64,000 nucleotides of DNA from Planctomycetota bacterium. GTDB taxonomy: Bacteria > Planctomycetota > JAJSAM01 > JAJVHW01. Shown one piece after another: positions 10,301-18,708 of the stretch (the first letter of the stretch is position 1; every line of letters starts with the position of its first letter). Where the stretch lies: contig CBDFJG010000004.1 in assembly GCA_965248445.1 (NCBI GenBank), positions 576,001-640,000 on the forward strand, read 5' to 3'. The position numbers were made by a program, and so were the translations under genes. Below the pieces are notes generated by a model that made no database searches, was not told the DNA's origin, and was given only the letters and a program-made list of their open reading frames with translations.

Positions 10301-10788
10301 CGGGTCTCATCGTGGACGTGCGCAACAACGGCGGCGGCTCCACCGCGGATCTCGTGCTGGCGTCGCTGATGGTGCGCAAGCACGCGTACACCGTTCCCCG
10401 GGGTGCGGACCCGAGCGACACGACCGGCTATCCCGAGGACCGCCTGTACATCCAGGGGTTCACGGGTCCCGTCAACATGCTCTGCAACCAGAAGAGCTTC
10501 TCGAACGCGGAGATCGTGTCGCACGCATTCAAGACTCTGGGACGCGGCACGCTCGTCGGTGAGCAGACGTACGGAGGCGTGATCAGCACAGGCGGCTATT
10601 CGCTGGTCGACGGCACGTTCGTCCGCACGCCGTTCCGCGGGTGGTACCTGCCGGACGGCACGGACATGGAGAACAACGGCGCGATCCCGCACCTGCGTGT
10701 GCCGCAGACTCCGGAGCAGGAGAGCGCGGATCAGGACGCGCAACTCGACGCGGCGGTGCGCGACCTGATCCCGCGACTCGACCGATGA
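7330..10788 (+). CDS. Tricorn-like S41 peptidase (PD40 propellers, PDZ), secreted
   Basis: Signal peptide, WSPDG repeats, ELNASH, DVRNNGGG, catalytic FSNAEI, and GEQTYGGVI. Confidence 0.9.
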   Translation: MRKFVPLAAVALFVATTFASAGEVDLPRFPSVSPDGSRVAFSWRGDIWSVPTNGGGATRLTANPGNDLRTSWSPDGRFLAFDSDRSGYLNLHVMNAAGGDVGQVTFEDASCLLSGFAPDGGSLLFEARREGDVFREMRPYSVPVAGGAISRVHDAFGRTPRRSPNGAQTVFTRGGSSWTRRGYRGPDARDVWIRNEADGSFRRLTTWPGNDGMARWSGNSRLVYLSDRHHGAVNVWALDVASGDGSARALTTGRNEDVTWLDVSADGSTAVFSSWDRLYALDLRTPGAKPARIAIHAAEESRDATFTRDVGSDAQEAELNPDGKTLACIAYGELFVRGIEKESPTVRVTRDHARDKHVVWSPDGMTLYFVSDKTGADGIYTATVKETRTDIRKALEPKKPEEDAEPEPPEAADDDAESDDENAEDGAADAEPESSGDEDGENEDPEEEEPEEEDNDEKKTKKEKPPGTERWHDAVSFEIQPLLVDDHADRGPSPSPDGKSLLFRRGLGNLCVLDLATKTVRVLSPGWDRSLRYRWSPDSRHVALSRNDRDFNEDIWIVRADGTTPPVNISRHPDDDRAPRWSADGKILAFSSSRYDEQSDVYVVFLDKTLEAMTKLERKRYFEDAGKATKARKPLPPPDDAADDEKPDEKNNEKDADDEEEVEPFELDLDDAYRRVRRVTTSQDNEFVALFTASGETLVYSDGKTLRSVKWDGTDSQQLRGSRTSVTGLSLKGDKIVYIAGSKPGLMNAGGGGDESLPVAARVEFEHAAFAEQRFREAAGVVGEVFYHPTMKGRDWPALTERYLQLARRARTSNEFDEIAGRLLGELNASHLGIRSPATPNTARVPNGRLGVDAESAPDGWLITRVLEDGPADQDTMRLLVGDVVTSIDQTGVRPGLEFAAHLRGMTGREVVVEVLRAGEDGQRATIRLLLTPVSGRAENELRYQNWTRENLARVEELSDGRVGYAHIRSMNRSSLRDFERDLYAAMSGKAGLIVDVRNNGGGSTADLVLASLMVRKHAYTVPRGADPSDTTGYPEDRLYIQGFTGPVNMLCNQKSFSNAEIVSHAFKTLGRGTLVGEQTYGGVISTGGYSLVDGTFVRTPFRGWYLPDGTDMENNGAIPHLRVPQTPEQESADQDAQLDAAVRDLIPRLDR

Positions 10789-11210
10789 GCCACCGTCCCG
10801 TCCGTGTGCTGTTCCTCTGTGACGACAGCTCGTCCCGCAGCCAGATCGCCGAGGCGTGGCTGCGTCACCTGGGCGGTGATCGGTTCATCTCCCGCAGCGC
10901 CGGGATCGAGCCGCGGCATCTGCACCCGCTCGCCACGCGCGCCATGCAGGAAGTCGGCGTCAACATCGCGCGGCAGCGCGGGAAGGCGGTCGAGGCGGTC
11001 GTTCGCGAGCGCTTCGACGTGGTCATCACGCTGTCGGACGGTGTACGGGGCGCCGTGGATCGCGTCGCCGGCCCGTTCTCCCACGAGCACGAGGACTTCA
11101 CCGACCCGTCTTGGCTCGAGGAGGAGGACGGCGGCGACCTCGAGCAGTTCCACTCCGTCCGCGACGCGCTGCGCGCGTTCGTCGAGGCGCTGATCGCGCG
11201 CTACGCCTGA
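10785..11210 (+). CDS. LMW-PTP/ArsC-fold protein with atypical P-loop
   Basis: VLFLCDDSSSRSQIAEAW, SAGIEP and FTDP motifs. ATGA overlap with the upstream stop. Confidence 0.8.
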   Translation: MSHRPVRVLFLCDDSSSRSQIAEAWLRHLGGDRFISRSAGIEPRHLHPLATRAMQEVGVNIARQRGKAVEAVVRERFDVVITLSDGVRGAVDRVAGPFSHEHEDFTDPSWLEEEDGGDLEQFHSVRDALRAFVEALIARYA

Positions 11211-13402
11211 CGCAGGCGCAGGGAGTTGCCGACCACCGTCAGCGACGACAACGCCATGGCGCCCGCAGCCCACGTGGGCGAGATCGAGAGGCCGAACGAC
11301 TCGAACAGGCCGGCCGCAACGGGTATCGCCAGCACGTTGTAGAAGAACGCCCAGAGCAGGTTCCACCGGATGGTCGTGAGCGTCTTCCGCGCTACGCGCA
11401 GCGCGTCCACGAGCGCCGTCAGGCTGCCGCGGAGCAGAGCCACGTGCGCGGTCTCGAGGGCCACATCCGTGCCGGTGCCCATGGCGACGCCGACGTCGGC
11501 CGTGGCGAGCGCCGGCGCATCGTTGATCCCGTCGCCGACCATGGCAACTCGTGCGCCACCCGCTCGCAGTTGCTCGATCGCACTCACCTTGTCCTCGGGC
11601 AGGAGTCCACTGCGCACATCGGTGACTCCCGCGGCGGCAGCCACTGCGCGCGCCGGCGCATCGCGATCTCCCGTGAGCATGACGGGCCGCAGTCCGAGTC
11701 GGCCGAGAGACGCCACCGTCGCTGCCGTCCCTTCGCGAATGCCGTCCTCGACGGCGAACAGTGCGATCGCCGCGTTGTTCCGCGCGACGGCCAGCACGCC
11801 CGCGCCGCGCTCGTCTGCACGCGAGCGGGCCGAGGCGAGCGGCGTGACGTCCACGCCCTCTTCCTCGAGCATGCGCACGCTGCCGACGAGCACCGCATCG
11901 CCCTCGACAGTGGCGCGCACACCGCGGCCCGGGACCGCGGCAAAGCCGGTCGCCACCGACAGGTCGAGGCCCCGTTCCGTGGCCGCGGCGCGCACGGCGG
12001 ACGCCAGCGGATGCTCGCTGCCCGCTTCGACAGCCGCGGCAACCGCGAGCGCCTCGTCTTCCGTGGCTCCGCCCATCGTCGAGACCTCGCGAACGGCCGG
12101 CCGCCCCTCGGTCAGCGTCCCCGTCTTGTCGAACGCGACGGTGTCCGCCCGCGCGGCGGCCTCGAGGGCGCGCGCGTCACGGAACACGGCGCCGAGGCGG
12201 GCCGCGCGCCCCACGCCCACGATGACGGCCGTCGGCGTCGCGAGGCCCAGCGCGCACGGGCACGAGATCACCAGGACACTGACCGCGCGCCGCACCGCCG
12301 AGGAGACCTCCGCGCCGAGCAGCAGCCAGGCGATGAGCGTGATCAGCGCGAGGACCAGCACGACCGGCACGAACACCGCCGCCACACGGTCCACCATCGA
12401 CTCCACCGGAGCGCGGCTCGACTGCGCCCGGCGAACGGCTGCGACGATGCGGGCGAGCGCCGTGTGCTTGCCCACCCGCGTCGCGCGCATGCGCACGGCG
12501 CCCGTCTCGTTCATGGTGCCGCCGGAGAGCACATCCCCCGGACCCTTCGAGACCGCCAGGCTCTCACCGGTCAGCATCGACTCGTCGACACTGGTCGCGC
12601 CTTCGAGGACCACACCGTCCACCGGCACGCGGTCGCCGGGGCGCACGTGGCAGACGTCACCACGGCGCACGTCGGAGAGAGGGAGGTCGGCGACCTCGCC
12701 GCCCCGCTCCACACGTGCCGTCTCTGGCGCCAGCGACAACAGACTGCGCACCGCATCCCCCGCGCGGTTCTTCGCCCGGTCTTCCAAAGCGCGACCGACG
12801 AGCACGAACGCTACGATCATCGCGGCGGACTCGAACCACGCGTGCCCCGACACGAGGCCCAGTCCAACCGCGACGGACCAGAGGAACGCCGTCCACGTCC
12901 CCACCGCGATCAGCGTATCCATGTCGGCACGGCCGTGCCGTAGCGCTCGCCACGCGCTGGCCGTGAAACGGCGCGCGCACCAGAATTGGACGGGAATCGC
13001 GCAACCGAGCATCGCCCAGCCGCCGAAGCCGCCCCTCAACGACGGGATCCAGCCCATCGCGAACGTCATGATCAGCAGCGCGAGCACGACGGTGAGGACC
13101 GCATCTCGCACCAGACCGGGCTCGCCGTGCGCCGGCGGCGGCGGCGCGAACACATCCGCGTCGTCGTCCTGCAGCGTCAGTCCGTAGCCGCCCTCCGCGT
13201 CCGCCGCGGCACCCGCCGCCGCCGGATCGAATCGTGCTGGATCTGCGGCGACGACCGCCTCCGACGCCGCGAGACTGACTTCGACCTCGGAGACGCCGTC
13301 GACCTGTCGCAGGGCCTTCGTGAGACCGGCGACGCAGCCCGCGCACCGCATACCGGTGACGGAGAACACGTAGCGGTCCTCGAGTGCCGTGTCGTCGCTC
13401 AC
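11201..13402 (-). CDS. copA: Cu(I)-type heavy-metal P1B ATPase
   Basis: HMA GMRCAGC, TGES, CPCALGLATP, DKTGT, SEHP, GDGINDAP, YN and MALSS. Confidence 0.92.
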   Translation of the reverse strand: MSDDTALEDRYVFSVTGMRCAGCVAGLTKALRQVDGVSEVEVSLAASEAVVAADPARFDPAAAGAAADAEGGYGLTLQDDDADVFAPPPPAHGEPGLVRDAVLTVVLALLIMTFAMGWIPSLRGGFGGWAMLGCAIPVQFWCARRFTASAWRALRHGRADMDTLIAVGTWTAFLWSVAVGLGLVSGHAWFESAAMIVAFVLVGRALEDRAKNRAGDAVRSLLSLAPETARVERGGEVADLPLSDVRRGDVCHVRPGDRVPVDGVVLEGATSVDESMLTGESLAVSKGPGDVLSGGTMNETGAVRMRATRVGKHTALARIVAAVRRAQSSRAPVESMVDRVAAVFVPVVLVLALITLIAWLLLGAEVSSAVRRAVSVLVISCPCALGLATPTAVIVGVGRAARLGAVFRDARALEAAARADTVAFDKTGTLTEGRPAVREVSTMGGATEDEALAVAAAVEAGSEHPLASAVRAAATERGLDLSVATGFAAVPGRGVRATVEGDAVLVGSVRMLEEEGVDVTPLASARSRADERGAGVLAVARNNAAIALFAVEDGIREGTAATVASLGRLGLRPVMLTGDRDAPARAVAAAAGVTDVRSGLLPEDKVSAIEQLRAGGARVAMVGDGINDAPALATADVGVAMGTGTDVALETAHVALLRGSLTALVDALRVARKTLTTIRWNLLWAFFYNVLAIPVAAGLFESFGLSISPTWAAGAMALSSLTVVGNSLRLRQA

Positions 13403-13409
13403 GCGCCCA

Positions 13410-14381
13410 CTATGCGCGCCCCTGCAGGAACAGCCATGTGATGTAACCGGCGTAGAGGCAGAGCAGGACCGTGCCCTGCGTGCGTCCCAGGCGGTGCTTC
13501 TTCCAGAAGAACGGGAACGCGAGCACGGCGAAACCGGTCATGATCGCCAGGTCTGTGGTCATACGCGCCGAGATGGGCACGTTGGCCACCGCACTGGTCG
13601 TTCCCAGCACGAACAGCAGGTTGAAGACGTTCGATCCCGCGACGTTCCCGACCGCCAGTTCCGGGTGTCCCTGCCGTGCAGCGGCGACGGTCGTCACGAG
13701 TTCGGGCAGCGACGTCCCAAGGGCGACGAGCGACAAGCCGATCACTTCGTTGGGCACGTTCAGGATGGCGGCAGTGCCAGTCGCGCCGTCCACGAACACC
13801 TCGGCACCGAGTGCGACGAACACCAATCCGACCAGCAGCCATCTGGCAGCGGCACCCACGGGCGCTCGCACGCCGTCCTCACGTGGTGTCGCGCGTCTCC
13901 CCGCACGCGCGGCGCGCAGCGACGTCAGCAGGTACGCAACGAACGCTGCGAGCAGCACGGCCCACGCCCAGCCGCCCAAGCCACCGCCGTCGGGCCGGAA
14001 CCAGAGGAACAAGCCGAGCGCTACGACAAGTCCGAGCGGCAGGTCGACGACACGAAGCTTGCGCTCAACGAGGACGGGCGCGAGCACCGCAGCGACACCG
14101 AGGATCAGGCCGACGTTCGCGATGTTCGAGCCGACGACGTTGCCGATCGCGATTCCCGGGTCGCCGCGGAGCGCGGCGCTCAGGCAGACCAGCAACTCCG
14201 GCAGCGACGTACCGAACCCGAGGACCACCGCGCCGATGATGTGCTCCGGGACGCGCAGCGCACGGGAGACGCCTGCGGCGCTGGCGACCAGCTTGTCTCC
14301 CCCCCACCACAGCGCCACGCCGCCGAGCAGCAGGAGCACGGGCGCCGGGATAGCGCCACCGAACGTCCAGTCAAAGTCCAC
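13410..14381 (-). CDS. Ca2+/Na+ antiporter (YrbG/CaCA family)
   Basis: Two alpha repeats, GTSLPEL...GNVVGSN and GTSLPEL...GNVAGSN. Confidence 0.92.
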   Translation of the reverse strand: MDFDWTFGGAIPAPVLLLLGGVALWWGGDKLVASAAGVSRALRVPEHIIGAVVLGFGTSLPELLVCLSAALRGDPGIAIGNVVGSNIANVGLILGVAAVLAPVLVERKLRVVDLPLGLVVALGLFLWFRPDGGGLGGWAWAVLLAAFVAYLLTSLRAARAGRRATPREDGVRAPVGAAARWLLVGLVFVALGAEVFVDGATGTAAILNVPNEVIGLSLVALGTSLPELVTTVAAARQGHPELAVGNVAGSNVFNLLFVLGTTSAVANVPISARMTTDLAIMTGFAVLAFPFFWKKHRLGRTQGTVLLCLYAGYITWLFLQGRA

Positions 14382-14417
14382 GTCCGGAGTATCGGTCCGC
14401 GCTGCGGCGGGGGCCCG

Positions 14418-14453
14418 AAAGCAAGCGGGGCCGGCGCTCGCGCCGGCCCCGCT
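14418..14453 (-). terminator. Probable intrinsic terminator of the 14481-15161 gene
   Basis: Perfect 13-bp stem AGCGGGGCCGGCG/CGCCGGCCCCGCT with a 4-nt loop, followed by TGCTTT on the minus strand. Confidence 0.6.
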
Positions 14454-14480
14454 GGGTTCTCCTGTCGATGGGGACGCGGC

Positions 14481-15161
14481 TCAGTCGCCGGCGCCGCCCT
14501 TCTGGCACCCCTCCGGGTGCGGGCGGACGTGCTCCGGTGGCGCAGCGACCGGCGGCGGGGCCACCGGTGGAGAGACCCGAACCGGAGGCCGGGCGGCAGG
14601 CGGAGGCAACGGCGGGCCGGGATAACGCGTGAACGCAGGACCCTGCTGGCCGCCACCGTGGTGGCAGCTGCTGTTGTGCCGATGAGGCGCCGCGCAGTTG
14701 CCGCCACGCTTGACGGGCGGGGCCCGGAAGACCTGGCGCTGGACCGGTGGCGGCGGGGCGACGATCACGGGGCCAACCGGAGCGTTCCGGCACAGCTCCT
14801 CGGGGCGAGTCAGCGTCGGGCAGTCGAACGCTCCGCACTCGCCCGAACACGCGGCCTCACGGCCGCGCAGGCACGCCTGGTCGCGGGCCGACCATGCGCG
14901 GGGCAACGACTCTGGAGCCGGGCATGCCGTGGCATGCCGGTTCACACGCGCCGACTGGGCGCCGGCAGCGCGCACGCCGATGGTGGCCACGGCAGCAGCG
15001 CGCCGGTAGTTCGGAAGATAGACGCGCTCCGCGTCGGGGAACTCCACCACGCCTGGTCCGTAGACGAGGCCCGGGTCGGATCCCAGGTACCCGCCACTGG
15101 AGTGGCAGGCTGACAGGAGCGCGGCCGAGACGGCCAGCGAGAGAACGAGCAGCGATCGCAT
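14481..15161 (-). CDS. Hypothetical lipoprotein, Cys/Pro-rich
   Basis: Lipobox LLSAC after a hydrophobic leader. It fills the intergenic space and is followed by a terminator. Confidence 0.6.
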   Translation of the reverse strand: MRSLLVLSLAVSAALLSACHSSGGYLGSDPGLVYGPGVVEFPDAERVYLPNYRRAAAVATIGVRAAGAQSARVNRHATACPAPESLPRAWSARDQACLRGREAACSGECGAFDCPTLTRPEELCRNAPVGPVIVAPPPPVQRQVFRAPPVKRGGNCAAPHRHNSSCHHGGGQQGPAFTRYPGPPLPPPAARPPVRVSPPVAPPPVAAPPEHVRPHPEGCQKGGAGD

Positions 15162-15291
15162 GGAGTGGGTCCTCTGAATCCGGGTGCCTTCGCTGCTCTA
15201 TGCGCCTCCTCGCTGCAAACTTGGGAGGGGTTTTTCTCAATATGAGGGCCAGGCTCGGCCCAGGCTCGAGTCACGAACCGCCGGACGAGCG

Positions 15292-16461
15292 TCAGAGCAG
15301 CGCGATCGCGGCGGAGAAGCCGTGGACGAAGTTCCCCGGTCCGACGGGCCCGATCTCTCCATTGCAGAAGAATCCGGACAGCGGAATCGCCCCCGCGTGG
15401 CGGGTGATCGCGGAGACGTCGTGGTCCGGAGCGCCGAAGAGGCGGCTCCCGCGCCCCGCGCAGGTGAAGAGCAGCGCGGCCGCGGCGGGTCCCCCGCGGT
15501 CGATCTCGCTCGCCATCGCCAGTTCGAGATCCTCGTCGGCCGTCGTGCCGTCGCGGAGTTGAAGTTGAACGGTCTGACCGACGCGGATGCGGTCTCCGAC
15601 CATCACCGCGGACTCCTCGGGCAGAACGCCGGTGAAGTTGCGGATCAAAAAGTCGCCGCGTCGGAACTCAGGGCGCGCCTCGTGGGTCACACGGCCGAAC
15701 AGCAGGTTCGTCCGCGCGAGGTCCCGGTCGGCGGCGGGGAGCCCCTGCACGACCTCCTGGATCGCATCGAGCGCGGGCTGTCCCGACAAGGCAAGGAGCT
15801 TGTTCTCCTCGGCGCGGGTGATCACGAAGCGGCGGCCGACGGGGCGACAGCCCTGCGACACGACGTACCGCGCAGTCAGCCCGTGGGCCGCGACCACGAC
15901 CCCTCCGAATCGCGGCGCACTGCGGTCGCGATAGAGGACGTGACCACCCGGCCGGCCGCCGCCACTGGCGAGCCCGCCGACTGCGCCGGCGCCCGGAAAC
16001 GCTTCGTCCAGGCGTGTCAGCAGCAGGTCGGCGTCCATCGTGAACGGATCGGCGAAGGTCATCAGGAACGGATCGGCGCCGCGCTGCCCGCCGAGCGCGG
16101 TGCGAAGCGTCTCGGGGTGGATCTGCGTGAGCAGCTCGTCGTGCCGCACCTCGGTCACGTGCAGCGTGGCGCCTGGGAGGCCGCCGGCCAGCACGGAGAC
16201 GGCCGGCCCGCTCTCCACCTCGCCGCCGGTCGCGAGCACCCCGGCGCCCGAACACCCGACGAGCGTGCCGCACCGCAGACGATCCACGAGCCGGGCTCCG
16301 GCCTCGGCGACGCCGTCACCGTAGGCGGGCGACACGAAGAGAACGACCAGGTCGGGCGCCGCGCCGTCGAGACCTGCATGGATCTCGTCGGCGACGTGCG
16401 TGAGCGCGTCGTCCAGTGTTCCGCCGGAGTGGAGGGCGCTCACGAAGCGCGGACGTTGCAT
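15292..16461 (-). CDS. FIST signal transduction domain protein
   Basis: GCSGAGV, GGLASG, VSQGCRPVG, FTCAGRG and GFFCNGEIGP. Confidence 0.9.
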   Translation of the reverse strand: MQRPRFVSALHSGGTLDDALTHVADEIHAGLDGAAPDLVVLFVSPAYGDGVAEAGARLVDRLRCGTLVGCSGAGVLATGGEVESGPAVSVLAGGLPGATLHVTEVRHDELLTQIHPETLRTALGGQRGADPFLMTFADPFTMDADLLLTRLDEAFPGAGAVGGLASGGGRPGGHVLYRDRSAPRFGGVVVAAHGLTARYVVSQGCRPVGRRFVITRAEENKLLALSGQPALDAIQEVVQGLPAADRDLARTNLLFGRVTHEARPEFRRGDFLIRNFTGVLPEESAVMVGDRIRVGQTVQLQLRDGTTADEDLELAMASEIDRGGPAAAALLFTCAGRGSRLFGAPDHDVSAITRHAGAIPLSGFFCNGEIGPVGPGNFVHGFSAAIALL

Positions 16462-16488
16462 CGCCCGCACTCTACACAGCGCTGCTAG

Positions 16489-18157
16489 CCCGAATCGTTC
16501 ACCAGCCGGGAATCTGAGCGGGCCGTCGTCTGTCTAAGTGCTCGTACGCGCCAGTACTTGCACCGACAGGAGCGCCGGCCCGATGACGACAGACTGTAGC
16601 CCGCAGGGGACCCTCTTCGCGGGCATCTGTGGACGCACCGCGGTGACGCGCTTCGACGCGGGTACCGTGACGAGCGACGGGGGCGTGCTGCTGCTCGAGC
16701 GGACCGATCGTCGCATCGATCTGCTCTCGCGGTTTGCGCGCTGCTTCGGGGACCACCGGGACCCGCGTCGGGTCGAGCACACGGTCGGCCAGATGCTGCG
16801 TCAGCGGGTCTTCGGGCTGTGCGCGGGCTACGAGGATCTGGTGGACCACGACCATGTCGGCAAGGACCCGCTGTTTGCCGCGGCGTGCGGCAAGCGCGAG
16901 GGTGCTCTGGCCACGCACCCGACGCTCTCGCGGCTCGAGACCACGCAGCTCGGCGCCACGGCACAGACGCGCTACGCCAAGATCGAGATGGACCAGGAGC
17001 GCGTGGACAGCGTGCTCAGCGACGTCTTCTGCGAGGCCATGGGGCCGGAGGATCCGGGCCTGCTCGTGCTGGACCTGGACCACTCCGACGTGCGGCTGCA
17101 CGGCCGGCAGGAGGGCCGCTTCTTCCACGGCTACTACGGGCACTACTGCTACCTGCCGCTGTACGTCTTCTGCGGCGAGCACCTCTTGCTCGCTCGGCTC
17201 CAGACCGCTGACAGAGATCCCGCGCGCGGAGTCGTGGACGAGCTCCGTGCGCTGGTCTTACGTCTGCGGCGCCGCTGGCCCCGGGCCAAGGTGCTCGTGC
17301 GCGCAGACTCGGGCTTTTGCCGCGAGGAGCTGATGGCCTGGTGCGAGGCCGCCGGCCACTTCTACCTGCTGGGCATGGCGCGCAATGAGCGCCTTGAGCG
17401 ACACGTCGAAGACGCGCTCGATGAGGCCGCAGCCCGTGCCGTGCAGACCGGCCGAGCAGCCCGGGTCTTTCGCGACTTTGCCTGGACCACGCTGGGGAGC
17501 TGGAGCCAGAGGCGTCGCGTGGTCGCCAAGGCCGAGCACCTGCCGGGCGGCAAGCGCAATCCCCGCTTCGTGGTGACCAATCTGCCGCCTCGTAGCTGGA
17601 GCAGCAAGCGTCTCTACGAGCAGCTCTACTGCGCCCGGGGCGAGGCGGAGAATCGCATCAAGGAGCAGCAGCTCGAGCTCTTCGGCACCCGTCTGTCGGT
17701 GCACACGATGCAGGGCAACGCCGTGCGGATGGCCATGTCGGCCATGGCCTACGTCCTGACCTGTGCGCTGCGACGCATCGGTCTCGCCGGCACCGAGATG
17801 GCGCGTGCGCAAGCCGGCACGATCCGCCTGCGGCTGCTCAAGATCGGCGCGCTCGTGCGGATCACGACGCGCCGGATCTGGGTCTCGATGTCCTCGTCGT
17901 GGCCCTGGCAGCACGTCTTCGAGCGCTGCGCGCAACGACTGCTGGCATCCCCGAAGCCGACCTGACGTCCCGCCGCGCCGTCCGCCACACCACCGCCCGG
18001 CCTACGGTCTGCCCACACCGCAGAATCCGCGCCGTTTCGGCCGCTCACTCGCGTTGCCCTTGTGGCAACGACGACAGCATCCGCCCTCGCCTGGCCAAGA
18101 TCTGACCCTGTGGACTCCGAAAGCACCGTCATCGCGACGTCTCGTGAACAGATGCGG
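16489..18157 (+). mobile_element. IS1380-family insertion sequence, 1669 bp
   Basis: Imperfect terminal inverted repeats (CCCGAATCGTTCACCAG vs CCGCATCTGTTCACGAG), flanked by CTAG at 16485-16488 and 18158-18161. Confidence 0.85.
16583..17965 (+). CDS. IS1380-family DDE transposase
   Basis: TSDGG, GYEDLVDHD, LDLD..D..LHGRQEG, VRADSGF and YCARGEAENRIKE. AGGAG lies upstream. Confidence 0.95.
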   Translation: MTTDCSPQGTLFAGICGRTAVTRFDAGTVTSDGGVLLLERTDRRIDLLSRFARCFGDHRDPRRVEHTVGQMLRQRVFGLCAGYEDLVDHDHVGKDPLFAAACGKREGALATHPTLSRLETTQLGATAQTRYAKIEMDQERVDSVLSDVFCEAMGPEDPGLLVLDLDHSDVRLHGRQEGRFFHGYYGHYCYLPLYVFCGEHLLLARLQTADRDPARGVVDELRALVLRLRRRWPRAKVLVRADSGFCREELMAWCEAAGHFYLLGMARNERLERHVEDALDEAAARAVQTGRAARVFRDFAWTTLGSWSQRRRVVAKAEHLPGGKRNPRFVVTNLPPRSWSSKRLYEQLYCARGEAENRIKEQQLELFGTRLSVHTMQGNAVRMAMSAMAYVLTCALRRIGLAGTEMARAQAGTIRLRLLKIGALVRITTRRIWVSMSSSWPWQHVFERCAQRLLASPKPT

Positions 18158-18613
18158 CTAGCGCGGCGGCTCGCCCGCCGACGGACGCCGGAGAGGGACG
18201 GGGACACGCACGACGACGTCCCGATCGTCGCCTTCGCCGCCCTCGTGTGCGTCCGCACCCAGGGAGACCAGGACGGCGTCGCCGTCTCCGGTGCGGGCGT
18301 ACAAGATGGGGCGCCCCCACGCGTCGTGGAGCCGGTCGGCGTCGTCGAGCCACCCGTCCAGCAGATCGTCCAGTGCCGTCGGGAGGGAACCCCGCTCCTC
18401 GGAGTACCGGGAGAGCGCGTCCGAGACCTCGTACAGCGAACTCGTCGTCACGGAGCCGGCGGGGGGCGGGTCCGGCAGCCGCATGACGGCCAGCGAGAAC
18501 GCCGCCACGGCCGTCAGCAGCGACACCACGTAGATCGCCCGCGGGGTCTGGCGCTCGGCCAGGTCGACGATGGCGTCTCGCGACGTGACGGGCGGACGGG
18601 GAGGTGGAGGCAC
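18158..18613 (-). CDS. Membrane-anchored GspG-like domain protein without a prepilin motif
   Basis: One TM segment, then LPTALDDL, DAWGRPILY and SLGADAHEGGEGDDRD. Confidence 0.65.
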   Translation of the reverse strand: MPPPPRPPVTSRDAIVDLAERQTPRAIYVVSLLTAVAAFSLAVMRLPDPPPAGSVTTSSLYEVSDALSRYSEERGSLPTALDDLLDGWLDDADRLHDAWGRPILYARTGDGDAVLVSLGADAHEGGEGDDRDVVVRVPVPLRRPSAGEPPR

Positions 18614-18708
18614 GTGCGCTTGGACGTCCCGCAGGCCGCACTCTTGCGCCCCCCCCTTGCCGCCCGCTGCGGTTCAGATTGCCGGTGCTGTTCAGAGGCC
18701 GGTGCTGT

